The notes: generated by a model not told the origin, from the letters alone. DNA of 64,000 nucleotides from Planctomycetota bacterium (GCA_021852275.1 JAJZNX010000025.1:621-64620); one strand, 5' to 3'. Shown: positions 53,509 to 62,354, counted from the first letter of the stretch. Program-made: numbers and translations.

Positions 53509-54285
53509 ATGGATCTGAACCTGACCAACCAAGTGGCGTTTGTGGCCGGTTCTTCGCGGGGAATTGGCAAAGCAATTGCAGAGAGATTTTTGCTGGAAGG
53601 ATGCCGCACCGTTATTACCGGCCGAACGGTAGAGGACATCAAGAGAGTCCATGCAGAGTTTACACAACGCTTCGGCTGCGATCGCCTGATGGCTTTGCCC
53701 GGTGATTTGACAGACTTAAGTACAATCCGGCATGCCGTCCTGCAAGTGCAATCAAAATGGGGTGATATCGATTGCGCCGTGGCAAACATTGGGACCGGCC
53801 GAGGTCAGTCCGGCTGGGATATCAGCGATTCGCAGTGGACTGAAATTTTTCAGATGAACCTATGGAGCAGCGTACGGCTTATTCCGGAAATTCTGGCGCC
53901 AATGGTTCGTCGTCAATGCGGAAGTGTGGTATTCATTTCCTCCATTACCGGAATGGAAACCACTGCCGCTCCACTGCCATACAGCGCCGCCAAAGCGGCT
54001 CTACTGAATTATGCCAAGAACCTGGCCAGGCAGGTTGGTCCATATCATGTGCGCGTAAATTCCGTGGCACCTGGAAATATATTATTTCCAGGAGGCTCAT
54101 GGGATCGGCGTAAAACCGATAATCCCCAGACTGTTGCTGACTATATTAATGCCGAGGTGCCGTTGCGGCGTTTCGGCAGGCCGGAAGAAATTGCTGATCT
54201 TGTAGTTTTTCTTTCCTCCGATCGCGCCAGCTTTATCACTGGTTCCTGCGTTGTGGCCGACGGTGGCCAGACTCGCAGCATCTGA
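53509..54285 (+). CDS. short-chain dehydrogenase/reductase (FabG-like)
   Basis: VAFVAGSSRGIGKAIA (TGxxxGIG), YSAAKAA (YxxxK) and PGNILFPG are present. Confidence 0.85.
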   Translation: MDLNLTNQVAFVAGSSRGIGKAIAERFLLEGCRTVITGRTVEDIKRVHAEFTQRFGCDRLMALPGDLTDLSTIRHAVLQVQSKWGDIDCAVANIGTGRGQSGWDISDSQWTEIFQMNLWSSVRLIPEILAPMVRRQCGSVVFISSITGMETTAAPLPYSAAKAALLNYAKNLARQVGPYHVRVNSVAPGNILFPGGSWDRRKTDNPQTVADYINAEVPLRRFGRPEEIADLVVFLSSDRASFITGSCVVADGGQTRSI

Positions 54286-54301
54286 ACGTGGAGAATCCAT
54301 C

Positions 54302-55159
54302 ATGCCACGCAGAAATTCCTCCAATAAATCATCGGCATTGGCCAGCCAATTTGATTTAACCGGGCGCACCGCCATCATCACCGGAGGTGCGGGACTGCTT
54401 GGCAGGCAGCACGCTCAGGCCATCGCCAGTGCCGGCGGCGTTCCCGTGATCGTGGATCTCGCCACGGCCCAGCCTGCCAGGCAGGCTGCCAAAGTAGCAC
54501 GCGATTGGAAAGTCTCAGCCATGGGAGTGGTGGCGGATATCACCGATGCCACTCAGGTGAAAAACCTGGCGGCCACCGTGTTGAAACGTTTTGGACGAGT
54601 GGATATTTTAATCAATAACGCCGCCAATAACCCCAAGGTTGAAGATGCCAGCAAAACACCATGGAGTCGATTGGAAGACTTCCCATTGGCAATTTGGCAA
54701 GCCGATCTGGCCGTAAGCCTCACTGGGGCGTTTTTATGCAGCCGCGAGTTTGGATCGTTAATGGCCCGCCAAGGCAAAGGCGTCATTATCAACGTCGCTT
54801 CGGATCTGGCAATCATCGCGCCAGACCAACGGCTTTACCGGCGCAAAGGCGTTCCCAACAACCGGCAACCGGTAAAACCCGTAACCTACTCCGTTGTAAA
54901 ATCCGGCCTGCTCGGGTTAACGCGATATCTGGCCACCTATTGGGCGGACCGTGGGGTACGGGCCAACGCCCTCTCGCCGGGAGGAATTTTTAATGGGCAA
55001 TCCGATGAATTTGTGAAGCGACTCAAAAATCTCATACCCATGGGCCGCATGGCCAGACTGACCGAATATCAAGCGGCGATGATATTTTTGTGCTCCGATG
55101 CCTCGTCATACATGAATGGGGCAAATTTGGTTATCGATGGCGGAAGGAGTTGCTGGTGA
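54302..55159 (+). CDS. short-chain dehydrogenase/reductase
   Basis: ATG at 54302. AIITGGAGLLGRQHA, NNAA and YSVVKSG (YxxxK) are present. Confidence 0.8.
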   Translation: MPRRNSSNKSSALASQFDLTGRTAIITGGAGLLGRQHAQAIASAGGVPVIVDLATAQPARQAAKVARDWKVSAMGVVADITDATQVKNLAATVLKRFGRVDILINNAANNPKVEDASKTPWSRLEDFPLAIWQADLAVSLTGAFLCSREFGSLMARQGKGVIINVASDLAIIAPDQRLYRRKGVPNNRQPVKPVTYSVVKSGLLGLTRYLATYWADRGVRANALSPGGIFNGQSDEFVKRLKNLIPMGRMARLTEYQAAMIFLCSDASSYMNGANLVIDGGRSCW

Positions 55160-55995
55160 ATTTTAACGCCAATACCCTTTTTTCTCTCACGGGTAAAACA
55201 GTGCTCCTCACCGGAGCGTCAGGATTTCTGGGCCGAACCATGGCCGAAGCCATACTGGCAAATGGTGGACGCCTGGTAGCCCTGGGACGTTCCGAGCGAT
55301 TGCAAGAGCTATGCCGACAATGGACTGCCACTTTTGGCCCGCAGCAAGTCATCAGTCACAGAATCGACATGCACGACCATAGCAAGCTTTCATCGCTGCT
55401 TGATCATATTGTCCAACAGGAAGGCTTTATTGAAGTCCTGATCAACAATGCCCATGAGCTAGGTTCTTCCACCGGATTCAACACGCCAATGGGATCGATC
55501 GAAAACAGTAATCCCGATCAATGGGCACGGAACTTTGCCGGCGGCGTGCACTGGCCTGTGCTATTGGCTCAAAAACTCGCACCGGCCATGAAAGCTCATC
55601 ACCGTGGCAGTATCATCAATATAGCTACGATGTATGCCGTGGTTGCACCAAACCCACACTTGTACGAGGGAACGACGTTTCTTAATCCACCAGCATACGG
55701 TGCCGCCAAGGCGGCGATGCTGGCCTTAACCCGGTACATGGCCTCTTTTTGGGGAACCGCTGGAATTCGCGCCAACGCTATCTTACCAGGCCCCTTCTCG
55801 AATACCCAGGATTCCGGGCCTAACAGTGTCAAAAACGATGATGCTTTTCTTGATCGGTTACGGGTTCGAACATGCCTGGGCCGGGTTGGCCAACCCGCGG
55901 AACTTGCCGGCGCAACCCTGTTTCTTGCGTCAGATGCATCCTCCTATGTAACCGGGCATGCCTTGGTCGTCGACGGTGGGTGGACCATTACCTGA
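55156..55995 (+). CDS. short-chain dehydrogenase/reductase
   Basis: The GTG at 55156 overlaps the upstream stop (GTGA), with GGAAGGAG upstream. VLLTGASGFLGR, NNAH and YGAAKAA (YxxxK) are present. Confidence 0.8.
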   Translation: MNFNANTLFSLTGKTVLLTGASGFLGRTMAEAILANGGRLVALGRSERLQELCRQWTATFGPQQVISHRIDMHDHSKLSSLLDHIVQQEGFIEVLINNAHELGSSTGFNTPMGSIENSNPDQWARNFAGGVHWPVLLAQKLAPAMKAHHRGSIINIATMYAVVAPNPHLYEGTTFLNPPAYGAAKAAMLALTRYMASFWGTAGIRANAILPGPFSNTQDSGPNSVKNDDAFLDRLRVRTCLGRVGQPAELAGATLFLASDASSYVTGHALVVDGGWTIT

Positions 55996-56081
55996 ATATA
56001 CCCACAACTGTTATTCTCAATTTGCCCCGACAACAATATGAGTAACATTATCAACGAATAGTCAATGATCGGAATGTGTGC

Positions 56082-56570
56082 ATGGCTACTTATACGCTCA
56101 AATCCGAGTCTATCTCGGCCGTCATCTTTGATTTCGACGGGGTATTTACGGACAATAAAGTTTACGTCTTTGAAGATGGCCGCGAGGCCGTAGCCTGTAA
56201 TCGTTCCGATGGTTACGGCATCAGTATGCTACGTAAAACCAACATCCCCCTGCTGGTTCTTTCCGCGGAAGAAAACCCGGTGGTGGCCGCACGCTGCCGC
56301 AAGCTTTCCATTGAATGTATCCACGGCGTAAAAGATAAACTCCCCGCATTGCGGCAATGGCTTGTTGAGCAAGCCGTGGACATTCGACATACGGCTTATG
56401 TGGGTAATGATTTAAACGATTTAGCCTGTATGCAGGCGGTGGGCTTTCCCATTGCCGTAGCAGATGCCTATCCGCAAATCAAGACTGTGGCCAAACTGGT
56501 GCTCAAGGCCAACGGTGGCCATGGGGCCGTGCGCGAAGTTTGCGATCTGATTCTCGCCGGCTACAGGTGA
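56082..56570 (+). CDS. HAD-IIIA phosphatase, KdsC (3-deoxy-ulosonate phosphate phosphatase) family
   Basis: AVIFDFDGVFTDN (DxDG), SDGYGISMLR and VGNDLNDL match the KdsC/YrbI pattern along the full 160-aa length. Confidence 0.8.
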   Translation: MATYTLKSESISAVIFDFDGVFTDNKVYVFEDGREAVACNRSDGYGISMLRKTNIPLLVLSAEENPVVAARCRKLSIECIHGVKDKLPALRQWLVEQAVDIRHTAYVGNDLNDLACMQAVGFPIAVADAYPQIKTVAKLVLKANGGHGAVREVCDLILAGYR

Positions 56571-56652
56571 TGCCTGGCAAATAATTCCAAAGTCGCCAGC
56601 CGCAGGCAAAGTGTCTGGTGCGGAACATTTAGGTGTCTGTTATAATAAATTT

Positions 56653-56932
56653 ATGGAAAAGGTTATTCGCCAGTTCTCCTCCCACACTCGCGCGGATGCG
56701 GCGGATCGCCAATATTATAAATCCCTCTCGCCGCAGCAACGGTTGGATATTCTTCTAGAACTGGTCTATACGCAGCGGGGTCATGATGAAGCTTCCCAGC
56801 GACTTGCACTTGTTTATCGAATCATTAAACGCTGCTCGCTTTAAATATGTGATCGACGATGACTATTCCGTCGCTTTCCACGACCGTCCGCGTTTTAATA
56901 GGGATATCGCCGATACCGACGAACTCTCCTAA
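56653..56932 (+). pseudogene. decayed small gene: intact 63-codon ORF followed, after a +1 frame change, by a nucleotidyltransferase-like segment
   Basis: MEKVIRQF...RLALVYRIIKRCSL stops at 56842-56844. Frame +1 then continues KYVIDDDYSVAFHDRPRFNRDIADTDELS to 56932. The second segment resembles the '..YvliGGyAvafHG.pR.T.DiD' pattern with Gly replaced by Asp. Confidence 0.3.
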
Positions 56933-56944
56933 TACGAAAATACC

Positions 56945-57904
56945 ATGGATAACCGTATCGAATGCGAGCTACTTATGAAACATATCAGCATACTCACCCC
57001 CTGCTACAACGAAGAAGCCAACGTCCGCGAAATGTATGAAGCTGTTAAGAAGGTATTTTCATGTTCATACCAATACACTTATGACCATTTGTTCATTGAT
57101 AACGCCTCCAAAGATAAAACACCGGTCATTTTGAGGGAAATTGCGGCACAGGACAAGAACGTCAAAGTTATTTTTAACACGCGTAACTTTGGCCATATCC
57201 GCTCCCCCTATCATGGGCTGCTGCAAACAGCCGGCGATGCAACCATCGGACTGGCGTGCGATTTTCAAGACCCGCCGGAACTTATCCCGCAGTTTCTGGA
57301 ACACTGGGAACGTGGCTTTAAGGTAGTGCTTGGTGTTAAAGCCGCATCAGACGAATCGGCCGTGATGTTCGCGTGCCGCAGCGCGTATTATAATCTCATC
57401 AACCGGCTCGCAGAGGTCAACCTCGTGAAAGGAGCCACTGGGTTTGGCCTATACGATCGTACAGTAGTCGAAGCATTAAGGCATATCGACGATCCTTATC
57501 CATACTTTCGTGGGCTGCTATCCGACATCGGGTACGAAACCGCCACCATCGCGTATCACCAGCCTGCCCGTCGCCACGGTCTGACAAAAAATAATTTTTA
57601 CACACTTTACGACTTGGCCATGCTTGGCATTACCAACCATTCCAAAGTTCCGCTGCGCCTGGCCACGATGGCTGGATTCGCAATGTCCGCCATAAGCCTG
57701 CTGGTGGCATTGGGATATTTTATCGCCAAACTTGTCAATTGGAATCATTTCACGCTGGGCATGGCTCCGGTGATTATCGGCCTGTTCTTTTTTTCTTCTG
57801 TGCAACTCTTTTTTATCGGGATTCTGGGCGAATATATCGGGGCCATTCACACGCAAGTACAAAAGCGTCCGCTGGTGATCGAAAGGGAGCGGCTGAATTT
57901 TTAG
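56945..57904 (+). CDS. GT2 glycosyltransferase with two C-terminal TM helices (polyprenol-phosphate sugar transferase, ArnC/GtrB/DPM1-like)
   Basis: ISILTPCYNEE.NV, FIDNASKDKT and the CDFQDPPE (DxD-like) motif are present. Two C-terminal hydrophobic helices. An alternative start is at 56975. Confidence 0.85.
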   Translation: MDNRIECELLMKHISILTPCYNEEANVREMYEAVKKVFSCSYQYTYDHLFIDNASKDKTPVILREIAAQDKNVKVIFNTRNFGHIRSPYHGLLQTAGDATIGLACDFQDPPELIPQFLEHWERGFKVVLGVKAASDESAVMFACRSAYYNLINRLAEVNLVKGATGFGLYDRTVVEALRHIDDPYPYFRGLLSDIGYETATIAYHQPARRHGLTKNNFYTLYDLAMLGITNHSKVPLRLATMAGFAMSAISLLVALGYFIAKLVNWNHFTLGMAPVIIGLFFFSSVQLFFIGILGEYIGAIHTQVQKRPLVIERERLNF

Positions 57905-57918
57905 ATTCAGCCGCTCAA

Positions 57919-59211
57919 CTACCCGCTGCTCACCCCCGGCTGCTGGCGTGCAGCCGGGTTCGAAAACTTTCCACGTAGCACCCAATACGCACCCAGCATG
58001 CTCCAACAGAGTGGCAAAAACCGCAGCGCCTGCGCCAGTGCAAACGCCTGGTTCACAGTATCTATTCCATGCGTTACAAAAAAGAAAAGCAGCAATGAAT
58101 CCAATACGCCCAAGCCCATCGGCGGTAGAATCGGCACGCTCACCGCCAGCGCCACTACTGGTAAACATACCAGGTACCAATCGAACGGTGCCTGCATGGC
58201 CAGCGCACGACCAATGTACCAACCTGCAAGCGGAGTAATACCCTGCGACAACAGGCTTACCGCAAACAAAACGCCCATCAGGCCTGAATGGCTCCGGTAG
58301 CGCTGCAGCGTTCCATGGGCATGTTTGATAAACGTCGGTAGCGGCAGCCAACCCAGCATGGATTCAATTCTTAGAAAACGTCGCAACGGCCGATGCAAAT
58401 AAAAAAGTGCGGCAATCCCGGTGGCTAACAGCAAACCTGTAATAATCCACCAGACACGGATGAGAAGCGAATGGGTCCATGCCGCGGGGCCTTTCCAAAC
58501 GCCGGCATCCAGAATCAGCAGTGCAGTGGTTGTGAGCAGCGCCAGCACCAGCAATGCCACCAGCCCAACCACGCGGTCCAGCACAATTGATACCGCGCTG
58601 CCGGTGGTATTACCCGTGGCTTTTCCGGTATAAACTATCTTTACCACATCCCCACTGACTGATCCGGGAAGAAATGCAGAATAAAATTGCCCCACAAAGG
58701 TGAGCCTTAGACACTGCCCATACGACACCTCCGGAGTTTGTACCGTCAACAGTTTCCACCAACGCCATGCAGTGATAAATGTCGGCAACCCCAATAATCC
58801 AAGAGCCATAAGCAAGGGCCACCAATGGGCAGAAAATATGAGTCCCGGCAGGCCGCGGCGTATTTCTACCATACCGCCTAACGACACCAGGCATTGACGG
58901 GGAATCGTAATTACGGCAGGCCAACTCAAGGGCGCACGATCCGGTACGCCATCTACCACCAGGCCGGAAGCTAATCGCACTCGCAGCCGTTGCTGCCCCA
59001 CAGCCACTTGAGCTATGTTGTTGCCGAGGTGCAGGAGGCGAATCGGAACCTCTCGCAACACCACCACACCACGAATTATGCTTCCAGGCTGCAAAAACAC
59101 CTGATTGTGCCAGGTAATCTGCCTGGTAACGTACCACAGTCCGACTAACGCAACCATCAACTTGAGCACCAGTACCGATGCTCTTCGCCAGCGATGCTTT
59201 TGTGGTACCAT
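57919..59211 (-). CDS. multi-pass membrane protein, flippase-like / LPG-synthase-TM (UPF0104) family
   Basis: 430 aa. Basic N-terminus followed by about 8 TM segments. The insert between TM1 and TM2 is typical of this family. Assigned by architecture. Confidence 0.6.
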   Translation of the reverse strand: MVPQKHRWRRASVLVLKLMVALVGLWYVTRQITWHNQVFLQPGSIIRGVVVLREVPIRLLHLGNNIAQVAVGQQRLRVRLASGLVVDGVPDRAPLSWPAVITIPRQCLVSLGGMVEIRRGLPGLIFSAHWWPLLMALGLLGLPTFITAWRWWKLLTVQTPEVSYGQCLRLTFVGQFYSAFLPGSVSGDVVKIVYTGKATGNTTGSAVSIVLDRVVGLVALLVLALLTTTALLILDAGVWKGPAAWTHSLLIRVWWIITGLLLATGIAALFYLHRPLRRFLRIESMLGWLPLPTFIKHAHGTLQRYRSHSGLMGVLFAVSLLSQGITPLAGWYIGRALAMQAPFDWYLVCLPVVALAVSVPILPPMGLGVLDSLLLFFFVTHGIDTVNQAFALAQALRFLPLCWSMLGAYWVLRGKFSNPAARQQPGVSSG

Positions 59212-59497
59212 GTAATCCGCTCGGTTCTAAACGTCACATTCTATCAATTGGCCAGCTATGACAGACGATTCCACCTGCAGGTAGTTGGAGGCCAAATACG
59301 ATGAGGCTAGATGCACTGTACTCTGCGTCATGTTTCAGCAACCACTTGGGCCAGTCCCACGGCTGATTGATCTATCTGCATCAATCGATGGCCATGCCGC
59401 TACCACCACTGCGCAACTACCGCGCCAATTTTACCTGCAGAACCAGCAATCATGGTTGGCGCAATCATAGTCATAAATCTCCGAAGTACCCGGCCCG

Positions 59498-59929
59498 TTA
59501 CGTGCCCATACCGCGCTGATGTAATTTTATCACCGTATTCGAAAGTCGCATCTGTTGTTTTATCTGCTTGAAGATTTCTTCCTGATACATCCAGGAGGAG
59601 ATCAGAATAGGCTCCGAGCGACCATGCAATTCCGTCGGAGCTAAAATTCGTCGACCTGCAATACGCCTGCTGCGAATTCGTTCGCTCGAGTCTACAAAAG
59701 CCGCAATTTGGTCAACTCGCAGCAAGCCGGCCGCCAACAACCGGTGGGTCAGAGAGCCTACGCCCCAGATGATGAGTTTTTTTCCACGACGCGCCGCCTG
59801 GTCAATGATTCGACATACTCGTCGGTCCGCGACTCTAGATGCAGCGACGTATCGTTGCAGTGCGTGCTGGCAGTGCTGGTCCCTGCTCACCTTCACCCCC
59901 CCCCCCCTGCCTGTCGGTACAAACCGCAC
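59498..59929 (-). CDS. C-terminal domain of a sugar C-methyltransferase (separate ORF only because of the G12 tract)
   Basis: KKLIIWGVGSLTHRLLAAGLL...IAAFVDSSERIRSRRIAGRRILAPTEL...PILISSWMYQEEI follows the TylCIII-type C-terminal domain pattern. Confidence 0.55.
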   Translation of the reverse strand: MRFVPTGRGGGVKVSRDQHCQHALQRYVAASRVADRRVCRIIDQAARRGKKLIIWGVGSLTHRLLAAGLLRVDQIAAFVDSSERIRSRRIAGRRILAPTELHGRSEPILISSWMYQEEIFKQIKQQMRLSNTVIKLHQRGMGT

Positions 59930-60747
59930 ACGATGGGTTCGGTGGTTTTGATTCCCTGCTTGCGCATAAAGCGCAGGTGTGCCAGTTGCTCAAATCCTAC
60001 CACCGCCATCAGATTGCGAAGAGAAGACGCGGTGAAAAAATTGATATGCTCTGTACTGAATTGCTGAAATGGGGCATTGCGCGAAGCCGCCAGCCCCATC
60101 GCATCGGGAACGGCCAAAAACAGACGCCCACCGGGAGTAAGCCTGTTCACGATGTTTTGCAGAGCACGTCTGACATCCCGTATGTGTTCCAGCACACCCG
60201 CTAGAATAATCAGGTCAAATTGGCCGCTTTGGCAGCCAAGATCAAAAACAGTTCCCGTCGCAACCGGAATCTGGTATAAACGAGCGGCAACTTTTGCACA
60301 TGCAGGCGATGGATCCAGACCGTGGAGATTCTTAAAACCGTGGCGGCCAAGCACATGAAGAAATGCACCCGTTGCGCAACCAACATCCAAGATGGCCCCG
60401 TTACGGTCTATATCTGATTTGCAGATAAAATTTGCCAGACGCTCGAAGGTTCTCATATCGCTGGCGGACACCTGACCATTATGATGACTGTATTCATATT
60501 TGGAGAACTGGCGGTAGTAACGATTGAAATCCGACTGCTGCGGGATCAAATCTGCATAGGCAGCGCCGCAATGGTTACATGTTACAACATGATATCCTGT
60601 CAACAAAGCAGACCCCATGAAATATTGCTTAAAAATCAAACGTCGCCCAGATGACTGGCATATCGGACACTTACGATGCGACTCCGACAATCTCAACCGT
60701 TTCTGCCTTTGACCCGGCTTCATAAAGGCACCTCCTTTTCGCGGCAT
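59893..60747 (-). CDS. class I SAM-dependent methyltransferase with an N-terminal zinc ribbon (N-terminal two domains of a TylCIII-like NDP-hexose C-methyltransferase)
   Basis: CPICQS...CNHCGAAY is the zinc ribbon. ILDVGCATGAFL is SAM motif I, followed by DLIILAGVLEHI and LTPGGRLFLAVPD. The ORF stops immediately after G12. Confidence 0.8.
   Translation of the reverse strand: MPRKGGAFMKPGQRQKRLRLSESHRKCPICQSSGRRLIFKQYFMGSALLTGYHVVTCNHCGAAYADLIPQQSDFNRYYRQFSKYEYSHHNGQVSASDMRTFERLANFICKSDIDRNGAILDVGCATGAFLHVLGRHGFKNLHGLDPSPACAKVAARLYQIPVATGTVFDLGCQSGQFDLIILAGVLEHIRDVRRALQNIVNRLTPGGRLFLAVPDAMGLAASRNAPFQQFSTEHINFFTASSLRNLMAVVGFEQLAHLRFMRKQGIKTTEPIVCGLYRQAGGGG
59896..59907. repeat. homopolymer C12 (G12 on the coding strand) at the junction of the two methyltransferase ORFs
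   Basis: Counted directly: ttca + 12 c + tgc. Confidence 0.95.
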
Positions 60748-60941
60748 GGCAATCCACTTGTACGTATGGTCCCCATCCTAAACGATGTTCACCCTGATTT
60801 ATGCTTTACTCCCGACTTGCCCCAACCCCTTATCGCATCACCGGCCATGGCTCAGGCCCAGCCATTTGACCCGGGGCCATGCCCTATTCCCTAGATAGCC
60901 TTGACCGTTACCTGTATCTGTCCAGCAGCTCCGGCCGACAT

Positions 60942-62309
60942 TTAACTTGTGGCTTCTACCCCCAACTGCATCTCTCCAAACACCCGGCACGGCATGGCAT
61001 AGCTCGCCACAAACAAAAGCAAAAGCAGTAATGTCAACGCCTTAAACTGCCCGGCAAAGCTAACCCGGCCATTGAGCACCATATAACATTGCTGCGGTGT
61101 AAACAAAATTGCGCAAGCAGTTAAAATTGCCAGTATTTTCCATAATTGAAAATTCACCCGCCCGGAATAGACTTCTTCCAACAGAAAAAAGAGCACAAAC
61201 ATCGTCCATGGTATATACATGTACAATAACGTATAATCAAACGATACACCCGGAGCCAGCACCTGAACGATAAACACCGCAAAAACACAGTTTAAAATCG
61301 GCATTCGCCGGAAATGCCATACCATCACCACCATCGCAATCAGCCAGGCCATGGTATATACGTGGTACCACATGCCGATCATCGTCAGGAGGCTGCCAAA
61401 GCGAGTTCCATTGACATACCCCCCCCAGGCAAGTACCTGTTTCACCACTGAAAACAGTGAATGATCTACACCAATGCCAGCCGGACTGAAAGTTAGAACA
61501 TAGGTATTTTGAAATACTTTTATTCCCCGCCCGATGGAATGGAGCACCTGCGCAATATGTGGAGCCGCAAACCACATCGCCACAAAATTAATCGCAAAAA
61601 ATGCCACCACAAACGTCCAAGCGCCTCTCCAGTCCCGCCTTCTTAAAAATAAAAAAATTAGAATCAACGGAGCCAGCTTCATCGCGGCCACACATCCCCA
61701 AAATATGGCCGCAATACGCCCATAATTTTTGACAAATGCCCACGCCCCCACCAGCGCCATCACCCATGCCGCACCCTCCACATTGGCTCGATCCGCCATA
61801 AACATCAGCGGATAGGACGTCATCAGCATCAAACCCAAAATGGCCGCCACGGGGGCCACCAGTTGATGCTTTCGCACTGACCACACCAGTAAACCTGCCG
61901 CCAGAACCGCAATTCCAACAATGGTGGTATCAAAAGCCAGGGCCGCCGCTATGGCACTTTTTGGAAAAAGCCGAAAATAAAGCAAATACACATACGCATC
62001 TGGCGCGGGGTAATTCATATTGTGATGGCCATGCCAGAACCTGGGCGTACCAAACGACTGAAACTTATGATAAAATTGCGTAAAATCTGATAGACGCATG
62101 CTCGGCGCAAAAACAATGCTGTTAAATGGAAATGGCCACGGCTTATCTATTTGCGTGTGCCAATACACCAGCAAATATGCCACAATCGCCAAACCGGTCA
62201 GCACGGTTACGTACCAAAATAAGCCACGAAAAACCAACTGCCGTCCCGCTGCCGCTGCCACCGGATCTGGTTGCAGCAACGGTTGAATATCGCCGGCGTT
62301 CTGACTCAC
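60942..62309 (-). CDS. polytopic membrane protein, GT-C-type glycosyltransferase candidate (DUF2029 / GT87-like)
   Basis: 455 aa with at least 10 hydrophobic segments. The aromatic-rich first loop is typical of polyprenol-phosphate-sugar-dependent GT-C enzymes. An O-antigen polymerase-like role cannot be excluded. Confidence 0.5.
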   Translation of the reverse strand: MSQNAGDIQPLLQPDPVAAAAGRQLVFRGLFWYVTVLTGLAIVAYLLVYWHTQIDKPWPFPFNSIVFAPSMRLSDFTQFYHKFQSFGTPRFWHGHHNMNYPAPDAYVYLLYFRLFPKSAIAAALAFDTTIVGIAVLAAGLLVWSVRKHQLVAPVAAILGLMLMTSYPLMFMADRANVEGAAWVMALVGAWAFVKNYGRIAAIFWGCVAAMKLAPLILIFLFLRRRDWRGAWTFVVAFFAINFVAMWFAAPHIAQVLHSIGRGIKVFQNTYVLTFSPAGIGVDHSLFSVVKQVLAWGGYVNGTRFGSLLTMIGMWYHVYTMAWLIAMVVMVWHFRRMPILNCVFAVFIVQVLAPGVSFDYTLLYMYIPWTMFVLFFLLEEVYSGRVNFQLWKILAILTACAILFTPQQCYMVLNGRVSFAGQFKALTLLLLLLFVASYAMPCRVFGEMQLGVEATS

Positions 62310-62354
62310 GATGATCTCCTGATTGAATCGGCGGACATTGCCACCCGATGCAGC

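Noticed and set aside
57518-58351. 277-aa minus-strand ORF spanning the GT2 / UPF0104 junction.
   Set aside because: It overlaps two better-supported genes on either strand and has an Ala/Gly/Arg-rich composition typical of out-of-frame GC-rich sequence.
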